The notes beneath the pieces were generated by a model. The model did no database searches and was not told the origin of the DNA. It was given only the letters and a program-made list of their open reading frames with translations. This document shows, piece after piece, positions 20,162 through 30,670 of a stretch of DNA of 64,000 nt. Numbering within the stretch: the stretch's first letter is position 1; each line of letters begins with the position of its first letter. Source of the DNA: an uncultured Acidobacteriota bacterium (GTDB taxonomy: Bacteria; Acidobacteriota; UBA6911); NCBI GenBank assembly GCA_963843575.1, contig CAWJKZ010000015.1:224001-288000 (forward strand). The letters are read 5' to 3'. The translations under genes were made by a program, and so were the position numbers.

Positions 20162-20704
20162 CTATCCGAACTTGGCCCGGTCCGCGAGGTCGGGCATCCG
20201 GCCTTCGAGCAGTTCGCTGCGAGCACGCGGAAAATGATGTCCGCCGACGGCGGGCAGCCCGGCACGAACACGTCCACCGTGACGACCTCGTGGATCGGCC
20301 GGACGACGCGGCAGCAGCGTCGGCACGACCTCGTTCGGAATCTGCGGTTGCAGCGTCCCGTTCTTCGAGGTAGGCGCGCTCGAGCACGGCGTCCAGCGCC
20401 GAACGGGTTGCGCATCGCCGGCACGTTGCCGGTGACCGCGCAGTCGCCCAGCGACACCAGGATCCTGGTGCGCGCTCCGCACCATCTTGATCTTGTGCAG
20501 GTCTTCCTCGCTGCTGACCGCGCCTTCGACCAGCGTGACGTCCACGTTTTCCGGGAACTCCTTGGCGTCCACCAGCGGGCTGTACACGAACGTCAGCCTT
20601 CGCCGCCAGTGTCGATCAGGCGCTCATCCATGTCCAGGAGCGACATGTGGCAGCCCGAGCAGCCGTCCAGCCAGACTGTTGCCAGCGCGTAGCTTTGCCG
20701 TCAC
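20162..20704 (-). CDS. hoxY: [NiFe] hydrogenase small subunit, frameshifted as assembled
   Basis: [33 protein letters not shown]. Confidence 0.88.
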
Positions 20705-21426
20705 CGCCGTCCCTCCCGCATCGAGGTCAGGTAGGGCAGGAACTGCCGCCGCTTGGACATCTCCGCCACCGATTTCCCCTTCTCGAACAAGCGCGCCCGT
20801 CGGGCAGACCTGGACGCACTTGCCGCAGCCGGTGCAGCGTCTCGGACTCGCCCCAGGGCTGCTCGAGGTCGGTGATCACGCGGCACTCGATGCCGCGCCC
20901 CATCACGTCCCAGGTGTGCGCGCCTTCGATCTCGTCGCACACGCGCACGCAGCGCGTAGCACAGGATGCAGCGGTTGTGGTCCACCACGAAGCGCTCGTG
21001 CGAGGCGTCCACGGGGAGCCGCGGGTACAGATACGGGAAGTGCACGTGAGTCATGCCCGAGCTTCTGCGCCAGGCTCTGCAGGTCGCAGTGGCCGTTGGA
21101 CACGCACACCGAGCAGACGTGGTTGCGCTCGGAGAAGAGCAGTTCCAGGATCATCCGGCGGTAGTTCGCCAGGCGCTCGGAGTTCGATCGTGACCTCCAT
21201 GCCTTCGTCGACGCGGGTGACGCAGGCGGGCAGCAGCTTGCGACGACCCCTTGACCTCCACCAGGCACAGGCGGCACGCGCCGACGTTGGACAGCCCTTC
21301 GAGATGGCACAGCGTCGGGATGTAGATCCCGTTTTCGCGCGCCACTTCCAGGATGGTCTGGTCCTCGCGCGCGCCGACCTCACGCCGTCGATGTTGCAGT
21401 GTTTTGACGCGAACAGTGGTTGTCAT
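20701..21426 (-). CDS. hoxU: Diaphorase Fe-S subunit, frameshifted as assembled
   Basis: [51 protein letters not shown]. Confidence 0.88.
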
Positions 21427-23089
21427 GGCAGTCACCTCCTTGGCGGCTTCGATCTGGCAGGCGCCGGCCGGGCAGCTGCTTGTCGTCGATGTGCGCCGCG
21501 TACTCATCGCGGAAGTAGCGCAGCGTGCTGAGCACGGGATTGGGCGCGCGTCTGGCCCAGGCCGCACAGGCTGGTGTTCCGGACCAGGTCGCAGAGCTCT
21601 TCGAGCAGGGCCAGGTCGGCCGTCGTGGCCTCGTCCCGTTGCGTGATCTGCTCCAGCAGCTCGTACATCTGCGTGCGTGCCGACGCGGCAGGGGATGCAC
21701 TTGCCGCACGATTCCGATCATGCAGAATTCCATGAAGTACTTGGCCACGTCCACCATGCACGAGGTCTCGTCCATGACGATCATGCCGCCCGAGCCCATG
21801 ATGGAGCCGACCTTGGCCAGCGATTCGTAGTCGACCGGCATGTCCAGGTACTCCTCCGGGATGCAGCCGCCCGACGGGCCGCCCGTCTGCACCGCCTTGA
21901 ACTGCTCGCCGTCCGGAATGCCGCCGCCGATGTCGAAGATGATCTCGCGCAGCGTGATGCCCATCGGCACTTCGATCAGGCCGGTGTTCTCGACCCTGCC
22001 CGGCCAGGGCGAAGACCTTGGTGCCCTTGCTCTTCTCCGTGCCGATCGCGGCGAACCACGCCGCCGCCGTTGCGGATGATCGGGCGCGATGTTGGCGAAC
22101 GTCTCGACGTTGTTGATCAGCGTCGGGTAGCCCCACAGCCCGCTTCCGCCGGGTACGGCGGGCGCGGGCGCGGCGTGCCCCGCTTGCCTTCGATCGAGGC
22201 GATCAGCGCCGTCTCTTCGCCGCACACGAACGCGCCGGCGCCCAGCCGGATGTCGATGTGGAAGCTGAACGTGGTGCCGCAGATGTTGTTGCCCAGCAGA
22301 CCCAGTCCGCTCCGCCTGCTGGATCGCCGTCTTGAGGTGCTTGACCGCCAGCGGATATTCGGCGCGCACGTAGATGTAGCCCTGGTTGCGCGCCGACGGC
22401 GTAGGCCGCGATCGCCATGCCTTCGAGCACGCGGTGCGGGTCGCTCTCCAGCACGCTGCGGTCCATGAACGCGCCCGGGTCGCCCTCGTCGGCGTTGCAG
22501 ATGACGTACTTGCGCTCCTCGCTCGGCCTTTGCCACCGTGCTCCACTTCAGGCCGGTCGGATAGCCGGCGCCGCCGCGGCCGCGCAGGCCGCTGCTCAGC
22601 ACCTGCTCGACCACCTCCTGTCGGCGTCATCTCCGTCAGCGCCTCCAGCAGCGCGGCATACCCGTCGGCGGCGATGTAGTCCTCGATCCGCTCGGGATCG
22701 ATCCTGCCGGAGTTCTCCAGCACGATCTTCTTCTGCCGCTGGAAGAACGGGGCGGACGTGGGGCAGTCGAGGCGCGGGACGGCGGTCCCCTCGACCGCGT
22801 GACTCACGATCTCGGCAGCGTCCTCGGGCACGGCCCCCTGATTCAAGGCTCCTTCCGGTTCGACGGACACCAGCGGGCCCGCGGAGCAGAGCCCCATGCA
22901 GCCGACGCCCTTGACCTGGCAGGACTTCTCCAGGCCGCGGTCGCCCACTTCCTTCTTCAGCGCTTCGAGCACGCGGTCGCTGTGCGAGGAGAGGCACCCG
23001 GCCGCCATGCAGACATGCAGCCGGTGAGGATACTGTTGCTGGGTTCCCCGTTCCGTTTCGGCGATTTCGTTAAGTTCTTCCGGCGTCAT
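21427..23089 (-). CDS. hoxF: Diaphorase FMN/NAD-binding subunit (NuoF-like), frameshifted as assembled
   Basis: N-terminal 2Fe-2S CMAAGC..GCMGLC; [38 protein letters not shown]. Confidence 0.88.
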
Positions 23090-23587
23090 CGCTGCGCCAC
23101 CTCCCGGGCCCTGTCCACCGCCTGTTGCGGCGTTAATCTCCCGACGACCTCGTTGTCGAACACCGCCACCGGGGCCAGGCCGCACGACCCCAGGCAGCGC
23201 GCCGTGAGCAGCGACAGGCTGCCGTCTTCCGTGGTCTCGCCTGGCTTGACTTTGAGCGCCCCTTCCACCGCCGGCGAGGAGTCCCGACGCCCCCTTGATG
23301 TAGCAGGCCGTCCCGGTGCACACCACGCACGTGTGCCGCCCCTGCGGCTTCAGCGTGAAGAAGTGATAAAAGGTCGCGACGCCGTACACCTGGCTGAAGG
23401 CAACCCGCAGTGACTCCGCCACATAGCGCAGTGCGGACTTGTCCAGGTAACCGAAGCACTCCTGGACCGTGTGCAGCGTCTCGATCAACGCATCTGGCGC
23501 GTGCCCGTGGCGGCGCATCGTGGCGTCCACGATCTTCCAGCGCTTGTCCTCGGATGGCGGCGATGGCTTCTTCAGAGCCAGCGGCAT
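23086..23587 (-). CDS. hoxE: 2Fe-2S subunit (NuoE-like), one frameshift near 23280
   Basis: VYGVATFYHFF, CTGTAC, RCLGSCGLAP; GGAGG SD. Confidence 0.88.
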
Positions 23588-23630
23588 GTCGTACCTCCTC
23601 AACCTCGACAAAGAGAAACTAATTCCATTC

Positions 23631-23645
23631 GCAATTTGCGTGCCA
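23631..23645 (-). promoter_or_regulatory. Sigma-54 (-24/-12) promoter of the hox operon
   Basis: Minus strand reads TGGCACGCAAATTGC, an exact TGGCACG-N4-TTGC match about 45 bp upstream of the hoxE start. Confidence 0.8.
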
Positions 23646-23817
23646 GGATAGCTCTCGGATGCCGGTGGGGATGGGCTGGTAAATCTATTGGGTTGTTGTA
23701 ATTACAGTAGGACAATTGGTGCGGCGCAGGAGGGCGGATGCCGGTGCCGATTTCGTTGTGGGATATACCCCAGCACTGGGTTAATACCGAGTGCTGCGAG
23801 TCTGCTCGGCGCGGGTC

Positions 23818-24462
23818 TTACGGAGTCCGGGGTACCGGGACACCGAACACCTCGATCCAGTCGAGGCGAGAGCAGGCATCGCTCAGCCCTCCCGGCATCA
23901 GGTCGGTGAACCCGACTTCCCGGACCCGGCTCAAGTCCGGGGTGGCGGCGGGTTTTCCTTCCGCCACCCGGCTGATATCGAGCGCGTGCCAGTGTATGGC
24001 ACGGACATCGAATTCCCGCACGCGCCATTCGTCGGAGGCGCCGTCGAAGAGGTCGCTGACCAGCCAGACGCCGTCGGCGGTCTTCAGGATGATGCGCAGC
24101 TGGCGGAAGCCGGACTGCCTGGCGCGCCAGCGAATCGAAGCCGTGCCGCGCAGGTCGACGTCCTGGTCTCGGTGCTTCAGGGTCACAGCCCAGTTGCCGG
24201 GGCAGGCGCCCGACCAGATGTAGTACGGGTCATTGGGGATCGGGGGGTGGTTGCTCTTCTTGATCCCGTGCAGGCCGGGGCCGTACAGCTGAAGCAGGAG
24301 AGCCGGGTTCGAGACATGCTCCTGGCTGACCGGGAGCTCCGCCGGGGTCTCTTTCCAGTCCTCCCTGAAAAAGAGCGGCGGACGATCGGCGGACGCGGAC
24401 CCCGCAACCGCCGAGAGGACCCAGAGCGCCAGCACAAGGGCAGGTGCGTCTTTTATCCGCAT
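23818..24462 (-). CDS. Secreted hypothetical protein (probable beta-sandwich)
   Basis: Signal peptide MRIKDAPALVLALWVLSAVAGSASA; PLFFREDW ... SRLDWIEVFG. Confidence 0.7.
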   Translation of the reverse strand: MRIKDAPALVLALWVLSAVAGSASADRPPLFFREDWKETPAELPVSQEHVSNPALLLQLYGPGLHGIKKSNHPPIPNDPYYIWSGACPGNWAVTLKHRDQDVDLRGTASIRWRARQSGFRQLRIILKTADGVWLVSDLFDGASDEWRVREFDVRAIHWHALDISRVAEGKPAATPDLSRVREVGFTDLMPGGLSDACSRLDWIEVFGVPVPRTP

Positions 24463-24487
24463 GGCCGGACTCGCGCAGGTTTCAGGC

Positions 24488-25543
24488 TCACTTCTTCCAT
24501 TCATCAGGGCGCAGTGCGCGGACCGCTGCGCCGGCGCGCCACATCTCCGAGTCGCGCATCTCGCGGAGCTCGGCGTCGAGTTTTTCTTTGTAATCGGGGG
24601 CGCTGTTGGTTTCCAGCACGCGCCGAGTCTCCTCGCCGGCGACGACGCTGCGATAGAGCTGGTCGAACACCGGTTCCACCGCACCGCGGAACTTGTGCCG
24701 CCAGTCGAGGGCACCGCGCCGCGCCGTGGCGCTGCAGTTTTCGTACATCCAGTCCATGCCGTTTTGATCGACCAGTCGGATCAGGCTCTGGGTGAGTTCC
24801 TCGACCGTCTCGTTGAAGGCCTCGCTGGGGCTGTGCCCGTTCTTGCGCAGAACGTTGTACTGTGCCTCCATGATGCCTGCCAGGGCACCCATCAGGACGC
24901 CGCGTTCGCCGGTGAGGTCGCTGTAGACCTCCTCGCGGAAGGTGGTCGGGAAGAGGTACCCCGATCCGACCGCGATGCCGAGCGCCAGCGTCCGCTCCAT
25001 GGCGCGGCCTGTGTGGTCCTGCTGCACCGCATAGCTGCTGTTGATCCCACTGCCGGCGAGGAAGTTGGCGCGGACGCTTCGGCCCGAACCCTTCGGCGCC
25101 ACCATGATGACGTCGACGAACGCCGGCGGCAGTACGCCGGTCTGATCGCCGTAAACGATGGAGAACCCGTGCGAAAAATAAAGGGCATCCCCTTCCTTGA
25201 GGCAGGGCTTGATCCGCGGCCACGTCATCATCTGGGCTGCGTCCGACACCAGGTACTGGAGGATCGTGCCCCTGCGTGCGGCCTCCTCGAGGGAAAACAG
25301 CGTCTTGCCGGGCTGCCACCCGTCCTTCAGGGCGCGCTCCCACGCAACCTTGTCGCCTTCCCACTGCCCGACGATGACGTTGATGCCGTTGTCTTTCATG
25401 TTGAGGGCCTGGGCCGGACCCTGGACGCCGTAGCCAAGGACGGCGACCACCTCGTCCTTCAAGACCTGACGCGCCTTCTCCAGCGGGAACTCCTCGCGGG
25501 TGACCACGTCTTCTTGAACTCCTCCGAAATCGATCTTTGCCAT
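24488..25543 (-). CDS. ilvC: Ketol-acid reductoisomerase
   Basis: GYGVQG Rossmann motif, FSHGF, MVAPKGSG, SDLTGERGVLMG. Confidence 0.95.
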   Translation of the reverse strand: MAKIDFGGVQEDVVTREEFPLEKARQVLKDEVVAVLGYGVQGPAQALNMKDNGINVIVGQWEGDKVAWERALKDGWQPGKTLFSLEEAARRGTILQYLVSDAAQMMTWPRIKPCLKEGDALYFSHGFSIVYGDQTGVLPPAFVDVIMVAPKGSGRSVRANFLAGSGINSSYAVQQDHTGRAMERTLALGIAVGSGYLFPTTFREEVYSDLTGERGVLMGALAGIMEAQYNVLRKNGHSPSEAFNETVEELTQSLIRLVDQNGMDWMYENCSATARRGALDWRHKFRGAVEPVFDQLYRSVVAGEETRRVLETNSAPDYKEKLDAELREMRDSEMWRAGAAVRALRPDEWKK

Positions 25544-25608
25544 CTCGAGCTCCTGTAAAAGTGCTGCATTGTACCGCGAGGCGGAGACGCCCACAACTCG
25601 AATGAGCT

Positions 25609-25712
25609 AAAACAGTGCAACAACTTGCCACGGAAAGCACGGAACCCACGGAATCTCCAAATCTGGGTTTTCCGTGGTTTGCCGCGTCTTCCGTGGCGAG
25701 TTTTGGCTCATG
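25609..25712 (+). repeat. Repeat family A (9-nt periodic CACGGAA hairpin)
   Basis: gccacggaaagcacggaacccacggaa ... ttccgtggtttgccgcgtcttccgtggc. Confidence 0.85.
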
Positions 25713-25719
25713 TGCGCAA

Positions 25720-26910
25720 TCAGCTGAGGTTGTGTTCGCGCAGGTCGATCTTGCCGCGGTCGGCGACGCCGAGGCCGAGCGCGCCGGCGATGTCGACGTG
25801 CTCCGGCTGCATGCGCACGAAGTGGCTGAAGTCGTCCTGCTGAGCTTCGGCCAGCGGCTTCATCCCGACCGCGACACGCTTGCGATCGAGTTCTTCCCAA
25901 CCGATCTTGTCGAGGGCGACCGGATCGGTTGCGAAATACATGCGTTTGGGTTCCCAGATGAACTTCCTGGCCTCCTGCCGCATCACGGGCCCCCCATGAT
26001 ACAGTCCCTGGACCGCGTCGCAGATGTGCAGGACGGCTTTGTCGCGAATCACGGGGATCGACACCGACGACGGTATGAAGGCGCCGCAGGCGTTGAGCAT
26101 CGGCGAGGAGTGGCTGCGGTTGACGTTGTTGACCAGCCCGTGTGACAGATTCTTGAGCGCGCAGGTGATCCCGGCGGACTGGTGGTGCTTCAGGAGCGCC
26201 AGGTTGACGAGCTTGTCCACTTCGCGCGTGATGAACAGGGCGGCGTAGGATCGCCGGGCCCTCTCATTGTCGAAGCCGAAGCCGGGAAGCGTGAGCTGCA
26301 TATCCATCCAGTGGTCGGGGTCATAGCCGTCGATCCGCTGCTGGACGTTGTCGACGTAATCCGTCGCCCAGGACGTGCGCACCCCTTCGGGCACCCAGCC
26401 GGCAAACCCCGCCTGGACGAACTGGCTCTTATACCGGTCGTAGATGACGATGTCCTTGCGCCGCACGCCCGCTGCTTCCAGGCCCGCGACGATTTCCTGG
26501 ACGACCTCGGGCGCCGATATCACCCAGGGCACGCTCGCCGGATTCAGCTTTATCCCGACCACCTCCCCAGGTTCGAAGAATGAGCGCCAGCCCGACACCC
26601 AGTCGGGGGCCCCGGTCAGTTCCGCCATCCCGCGCCGGATCATCGCGGTGACGGGTTCGCGCTGGTACCGCCCGTCGACAATGGCCCCAGGATGGTGCAC
26701 CGAGACTACGCGCCCGGGAAACAGGCCGGGCATCGACCACTTCGTCCTGCGCGATTTCCCGTAGGTTGATTCGGCAAACAGGGGCACCCTGGCCGCCGCA
26801 GGCACCACCACCGCCGCCGCCAGCACTCGTTCCAGCCACTCGCGCCGCGTCTCCCTCCTCGACCCGATCGTTCCCGACACTAACCCCACTTTTCCGCCAC
26901 CAAGACTCAT
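25720..26910 (-). CDS. DUF362 domain protein, probably Tat-exported
   Basis: TRREWL twin-Arg-like motif; VVGIKLN, LKHHQSAGITCALKNL, TDPVALD; start uncertain. Confidence 0.8.
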   Translation of the reverse strand: MSLGGGKVGLVSGTIGSRRETRREWLERVLAAAVVVPAAARVPLFAESTYGKSRRTKWSMPGLFPGRVVSVHHPGAIVDGRYQREPVTAMIRRGMAELTGAPDWVSGWRSFFEPGEVVGIKLNPASVPWVISAPEVVQEIVAGLEAAGVRRKDIVIYDRYKSQFVQAGFAGWVPEGVRTSWATDYVDNVQQRIDGYDPDHWMDMQLTLPGFGFDNERARRSYAALFITREVDKLVNLALLKHHQSAGITCALKNLSHGLVNNVNRSHSSPMLNACGAFIPSSVSIPVIRDKAVLHICDAVQGLYHGGPVMRQEARKFIWEPKRMYFATDPVALDKIGWEELDRKRVAVGMKPLAEAQQDDFSHFVRMQPEHVDIAGALGLGVADRGKIDLREHNLS

Positions 26911-27162
26911 CTCCGCCTCCACCCTGTACTCCGCCCGAATTGAACCATCTGAATGGACGGACGCCCGTGCAAGCTCGGGCTCCCGGTTTCTTGCTTACCG
27001 CGTTGCGGTTTAGGAACCAACTGGTTAATAGGATAGCAGAGCCGCAAGCGGCGGCAACAGGGCTCCGGAGCCGGCCGGGCGGGGGAATTTCGCCCGGGCG
27101 CTGCGGTCGGGCCCGATCGCGGCCGTCGGCGTACACAACGAACAAGCGATTCGTTCCCGACC

Positions 27163-27177
27163 TGGAACACGGCTTGC
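27163..27177 (+). promoter_or_regulatory. Sigma-54-like promoter without a recognisable downstream gene
   Basis: TGGAACACGGCTTGC (GG-N10-GC); AGGAGG at 27196-27201; inverted repeat AACGAA-N7-TTCGTT just upstream. Confidence 0.55.
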
Positions 27178-27205
27178 TTCAGGGAGGCAAGGTGCAGGAG
27201 GGTTT

Positions 27206-27370
27206 AACGTGTTTTTCAGGACGCGGATTAGCGCGGATCCCCACGGATCGACCTGGCGACAGGACGCGGCCGATCCGCGTCAATCCGTTGAATCCGCGGA
27301 ATCTGCGTTCTGTTTTGGCTCTTGTCTTTCATTGCCCGTTGTTCTGCGTCCTGAAAAATATGTCAGCGTA
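27206..27370 (+). repeat. Full-length repeat family B element
   Basis: Terminal stem TTTTTCAGGACGC / GCGTCCTGAAAAA, extendable with G-T pairs; co-linear with 14961-15127. Confidence 0.9.
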
Positions 27371-27391
27371 TTAATCCGCCCCCCCACAAAC

Positions 27392-27520
27392 TCACTTCTT
27401 ATTCTGAGTCACACTGAACACCTGCCCGTTCACCGTGATCGTGCCGGTGCGGCGTTGCCTGGCAGATGCCACGGAGTAATTGAAACCCTGAGACGTCTGC
27501 GAGGTGACGGTGATGCCTGA
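27392..27520 (-). pseudogene. BACON-domain C-terminal remnant
   Basis: SGITVTSQTSQGFNYSVASARQRRTGTITVNGQVFSVTQNKK*; RxGTITVxGQxFxVTQ is BACON-like; in-frame TAG at 27521-27523. Confidence 0.65.
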
Positions 27521-27594
27521 CTAGGAGTCACGCCTAATCTGGCAATTTGGTGATCCAGCGCACCGGCGGGCCCCTGGGCCCTGGAGGCGGGCAA

Positions 27595-30542
27595 TCATGG
27601 GGCGGTGCCGGCGACCTGCTTCTGCCAGGGTTCGACTTCTGCTGCCGACCCGCCGAGCGCGAGGAAATCGCCGATGAAGATTTCCGCCTCGACCCGGCGG
27701 CCCAGTTGCGCGGAGGTGCGGGCGAGCAACACGTAGAGTTCGATTGGCAGGGCGGGTGTGAGGTCGAGCACCTGCCGGTAGAGCCGGTAGGCCTCCGCCA
27801 CGCGAGAGTCGGACTCGTAGACCCGGCCCAGGTCGATGAGCAGTGCGACGTCCTGGGGGCGCCGTCGCGCCATGATCTGCAGGGTTTCGGCGGCGGCCTG
27901 CCGGTACCCGGCCGCGGTCAAGGCGCGCGAGAGCAGGAGCCCGACGGGGCGCTCATCGGGTGCGAGCGCGAAGGCCCTCTGGAGCACCTCCGTGGCGCGC
28001 TGGTGGTTGCCGAGTTTGAAGTAAGCGATGCCGAGGCCGTACCAGAGGTCGGCTTGGCCGGGGTAGCGGGCGGCGAGGGGCTCGACGGCTGCGGCGAAGC
28101 CCTGCATGTCGCCGGCCTTCTGCGCCGCGACGGCCCGGGCGAGCAGCGCTTCCCGGGTCTCCCCCGGGGCGGCCTCGGCCGCTTCGGGCTCGGCGGGCCG
28201 CCCGGCGAAGTAGCCCTTGCGCGCGTGGACCCGCGCGTCCGGGATCGAGACGGTCACCCGGATGGGGTGGAACCGGCCGTCGGTCGACTGCTGGGATACG
28301 AAGCCCAGGTAGTAGACCCGCCCCCGCGACCCGATCAGCTTGTCGGCTGCGCCGGCAAGATCGTTGGTGGAGTTCATGAAACGTCCCGCCGTCTCGACCG
28401 CCAGCTGCGAGAGCGGCGATTGCCGGTCCATGCGCCAGGCGCGGGCGTGCTCGTGGAGCAGGGCGATGAGGTGGGGATTGCGCACCAGGAACGAGCCGTT
28501 GGCCCGCAACCCGATGGCCTCGTCGACATCGAGTCCCGCCGCGTCGATCGTATAAAAACGAGTTTTGCTCCGCCTGGCCTCGGCGATGATTCCCTCCAGC
28601 CGCCCCGACAGGTCGCCGCGCGTACTGGTGCGGCCCAGCGTGAATCCGGTCGACAGAAGGAGGACGTCCTTCGGGTAGCTCCCCGCGTCGGCCGACGCAG
28701 CGTTGACGACCGCGCGGAGCCCGTCCAGTGCGTGTGACACCTGGCCCAGGTTTTCGGTCAGCAGCTGCCTTGCCAGGTTGACCACCATCGTCTGGATCAT
28801 CTCCCGGGTCGTCCCCGGCTGGCCGTCGACCTCGCCCATGTCGTTGCGGAACTGGGCCCCGATGCTCGACGCGTACCGCAGCTCCGCCACCTGCTGCGCC
28901 TCCCGGTCACCCCGGTCGATCAGGAACGCCTGATAGACGGTCATCAGACCGTCGTTGCTCGACAGGGACGGGTTTCCGCGGGGCGAGGTCCTGCGGATCT
29001 TTTCGATCATCTTCTCGGCGGTGAGTTCGGGCGCGATCTCCGCGCTCAACTCGCTCATGAGGTGAATGGACAACGGACGCAGAGGGTCCTGGAAGTCCCG
29101 CACGATCTTCTCGGCGGCCTTCTTGATCTGCAGGAACGCGGCCGAGTCCGACATGATGTCGTCGAGCACAAGGTAATAACGGCCGAGCCTCAGCTCCGGG
29201 CTGTCTGTCGCGACGGCAATGGGCGTGCCGTCGCGCGCGCTCAACTTGCGGATGGCCCGCGCACGCGGCTCCGCCAGGTTGCGCGACCCCACGTCGCGCG
29301 CGAAAAATGCGATCTCGCGGAGCTGGTCGTCCTCGTAGATGCGGAAGTCGCGCTCCCCGAGCTCCGGCGACTCCCGCCCCGGCGGCGACTCGACCAGGAC
29401 GGGAATCTCGACGAAACGTGTTTCGACACGGAACAGCGGTGCCGCACGCCCCGTCGGTTCCGTTTCACGAGGGGAGGGGAGGGGCAGTGACACGGACTTG
29501 AACCGCAGCACCCGATCCATCTCAGGCGAATGGATGAGTTCCCGGAGCGCTTTCTGTGCGTTCGGGTCCCGCACCTCGGGCTCGGCGCGCGCCAGCGTGC
29601 GCGGTCTCGCGGGTTCGAATGACTCCGATGCGGGGTTTCGCGCCCTTCCTGAGCCCGCGAAAAAGCCCTTCCGGCTGTGCACTTTCAGCCTGGGGTTGTT
29701 CGCCGCGAGGGTCACGTCGTGCCAGCGGCCGTCCTGCGGCACGTCTGTGTAGTAGTTGACCACGAGGATCGATCGGAGCTCGGTGGCCACCTCGACAAAG
29801 CGTGTGCCTGAGGCTGTCGGGGTCGTCGACAACGAACATCCTGCCGCTGTTGATTTCGGCGAGCTGCCGCAACACGCGACTCAACGCGTCGGTCCGCAGC
29901 GCCGCGCGCGCGGCGATGGTGTAGATCGGGAAACCGTGGCGGGCGGCGGCATTGAGGACGGTTTCGAGCGAGGAGATGCGGGCCGTGTCTTCCCCGTCCG
30001 AGAAGACGACGATCACCCTTCGTCCCTCCGCCTTGCCCAGGTGCTTCATCGCGAACAGGAGCGCGTCGTACAGCTTGGTCGCACCGCGGGCCTGCGCCTG
30101 CCGGATTGCCGACACGATCGCGATCCGGTCGTCGCTCAGTTGCGGCACGAGCCGGATGTCGGAATTGAACGGAATGAAACTGACGCGGTCCTCGGGCTGC
30201 AGCGATTCGACGAAGGCGACCGCCGCTTCCTGAGTCGCGGCGAGCGTCTCCGTCATGCTTCCGCTCGTGTCCAGCAGGAGCGCGACCTGGAGCGGCACCG
30301 TCTCGCTGTCGAGCCGGTGTATCTCCCGTTTGCCGCCGTCCTCGGTCAGGACAAAGTCCGATCCGGTCAGGTCCGTGACCCGGCGGTTTCCCTCGGTGAC
30401 GCTGACGTAGAGCTGGACCAGCTGGGACTGCACCTGGATCGTCAGGTCGCCGGCCGGCGTCGTCCTCGACTCCTGCGGCAGCGCCCGCGCGGCGGCGAGC
30501 AGGACGCAAAAGGCCGTGATGCGGGATCGTGGCTTTTCTCAT
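27595..30542 (-). CDS. Acidobacterial VWA-domain protein (two VWA modules plus TPR), about two frameshifts as assembled
   Basis: VQLYVSVT, MIDAS LLLDTSGS, FSDGED, repeated DGRWH/DGRFH...RKGF/YF linkers, C-terminal TPRs; ORFs 29522-30433 and 27595-29832 join near 29810. Confidence 0.82.
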
Positions 30543-30670
30543 GGCGGCACGCGACTCCTTTCTCCTCCGTTGTCCGGATATTTCGAGGGCCTCGGAGCTG
30601 TCTGGGGCGAGCCGTGGAACTCGTCTCAGAGGCTTCAGAGTTCTCGAAGACCCGGTCTCCACCTGCCCGG

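Noticed and set aside
21380-23611. 743-aa HoxE-HoxF fusion ORF and in-frame HoxF-HoxU junction
   Set aside because: Produced by indels; homology switches frames repeatedly and separate starts (ATGA overlap at 23086-23089, ATG 21426) are visible
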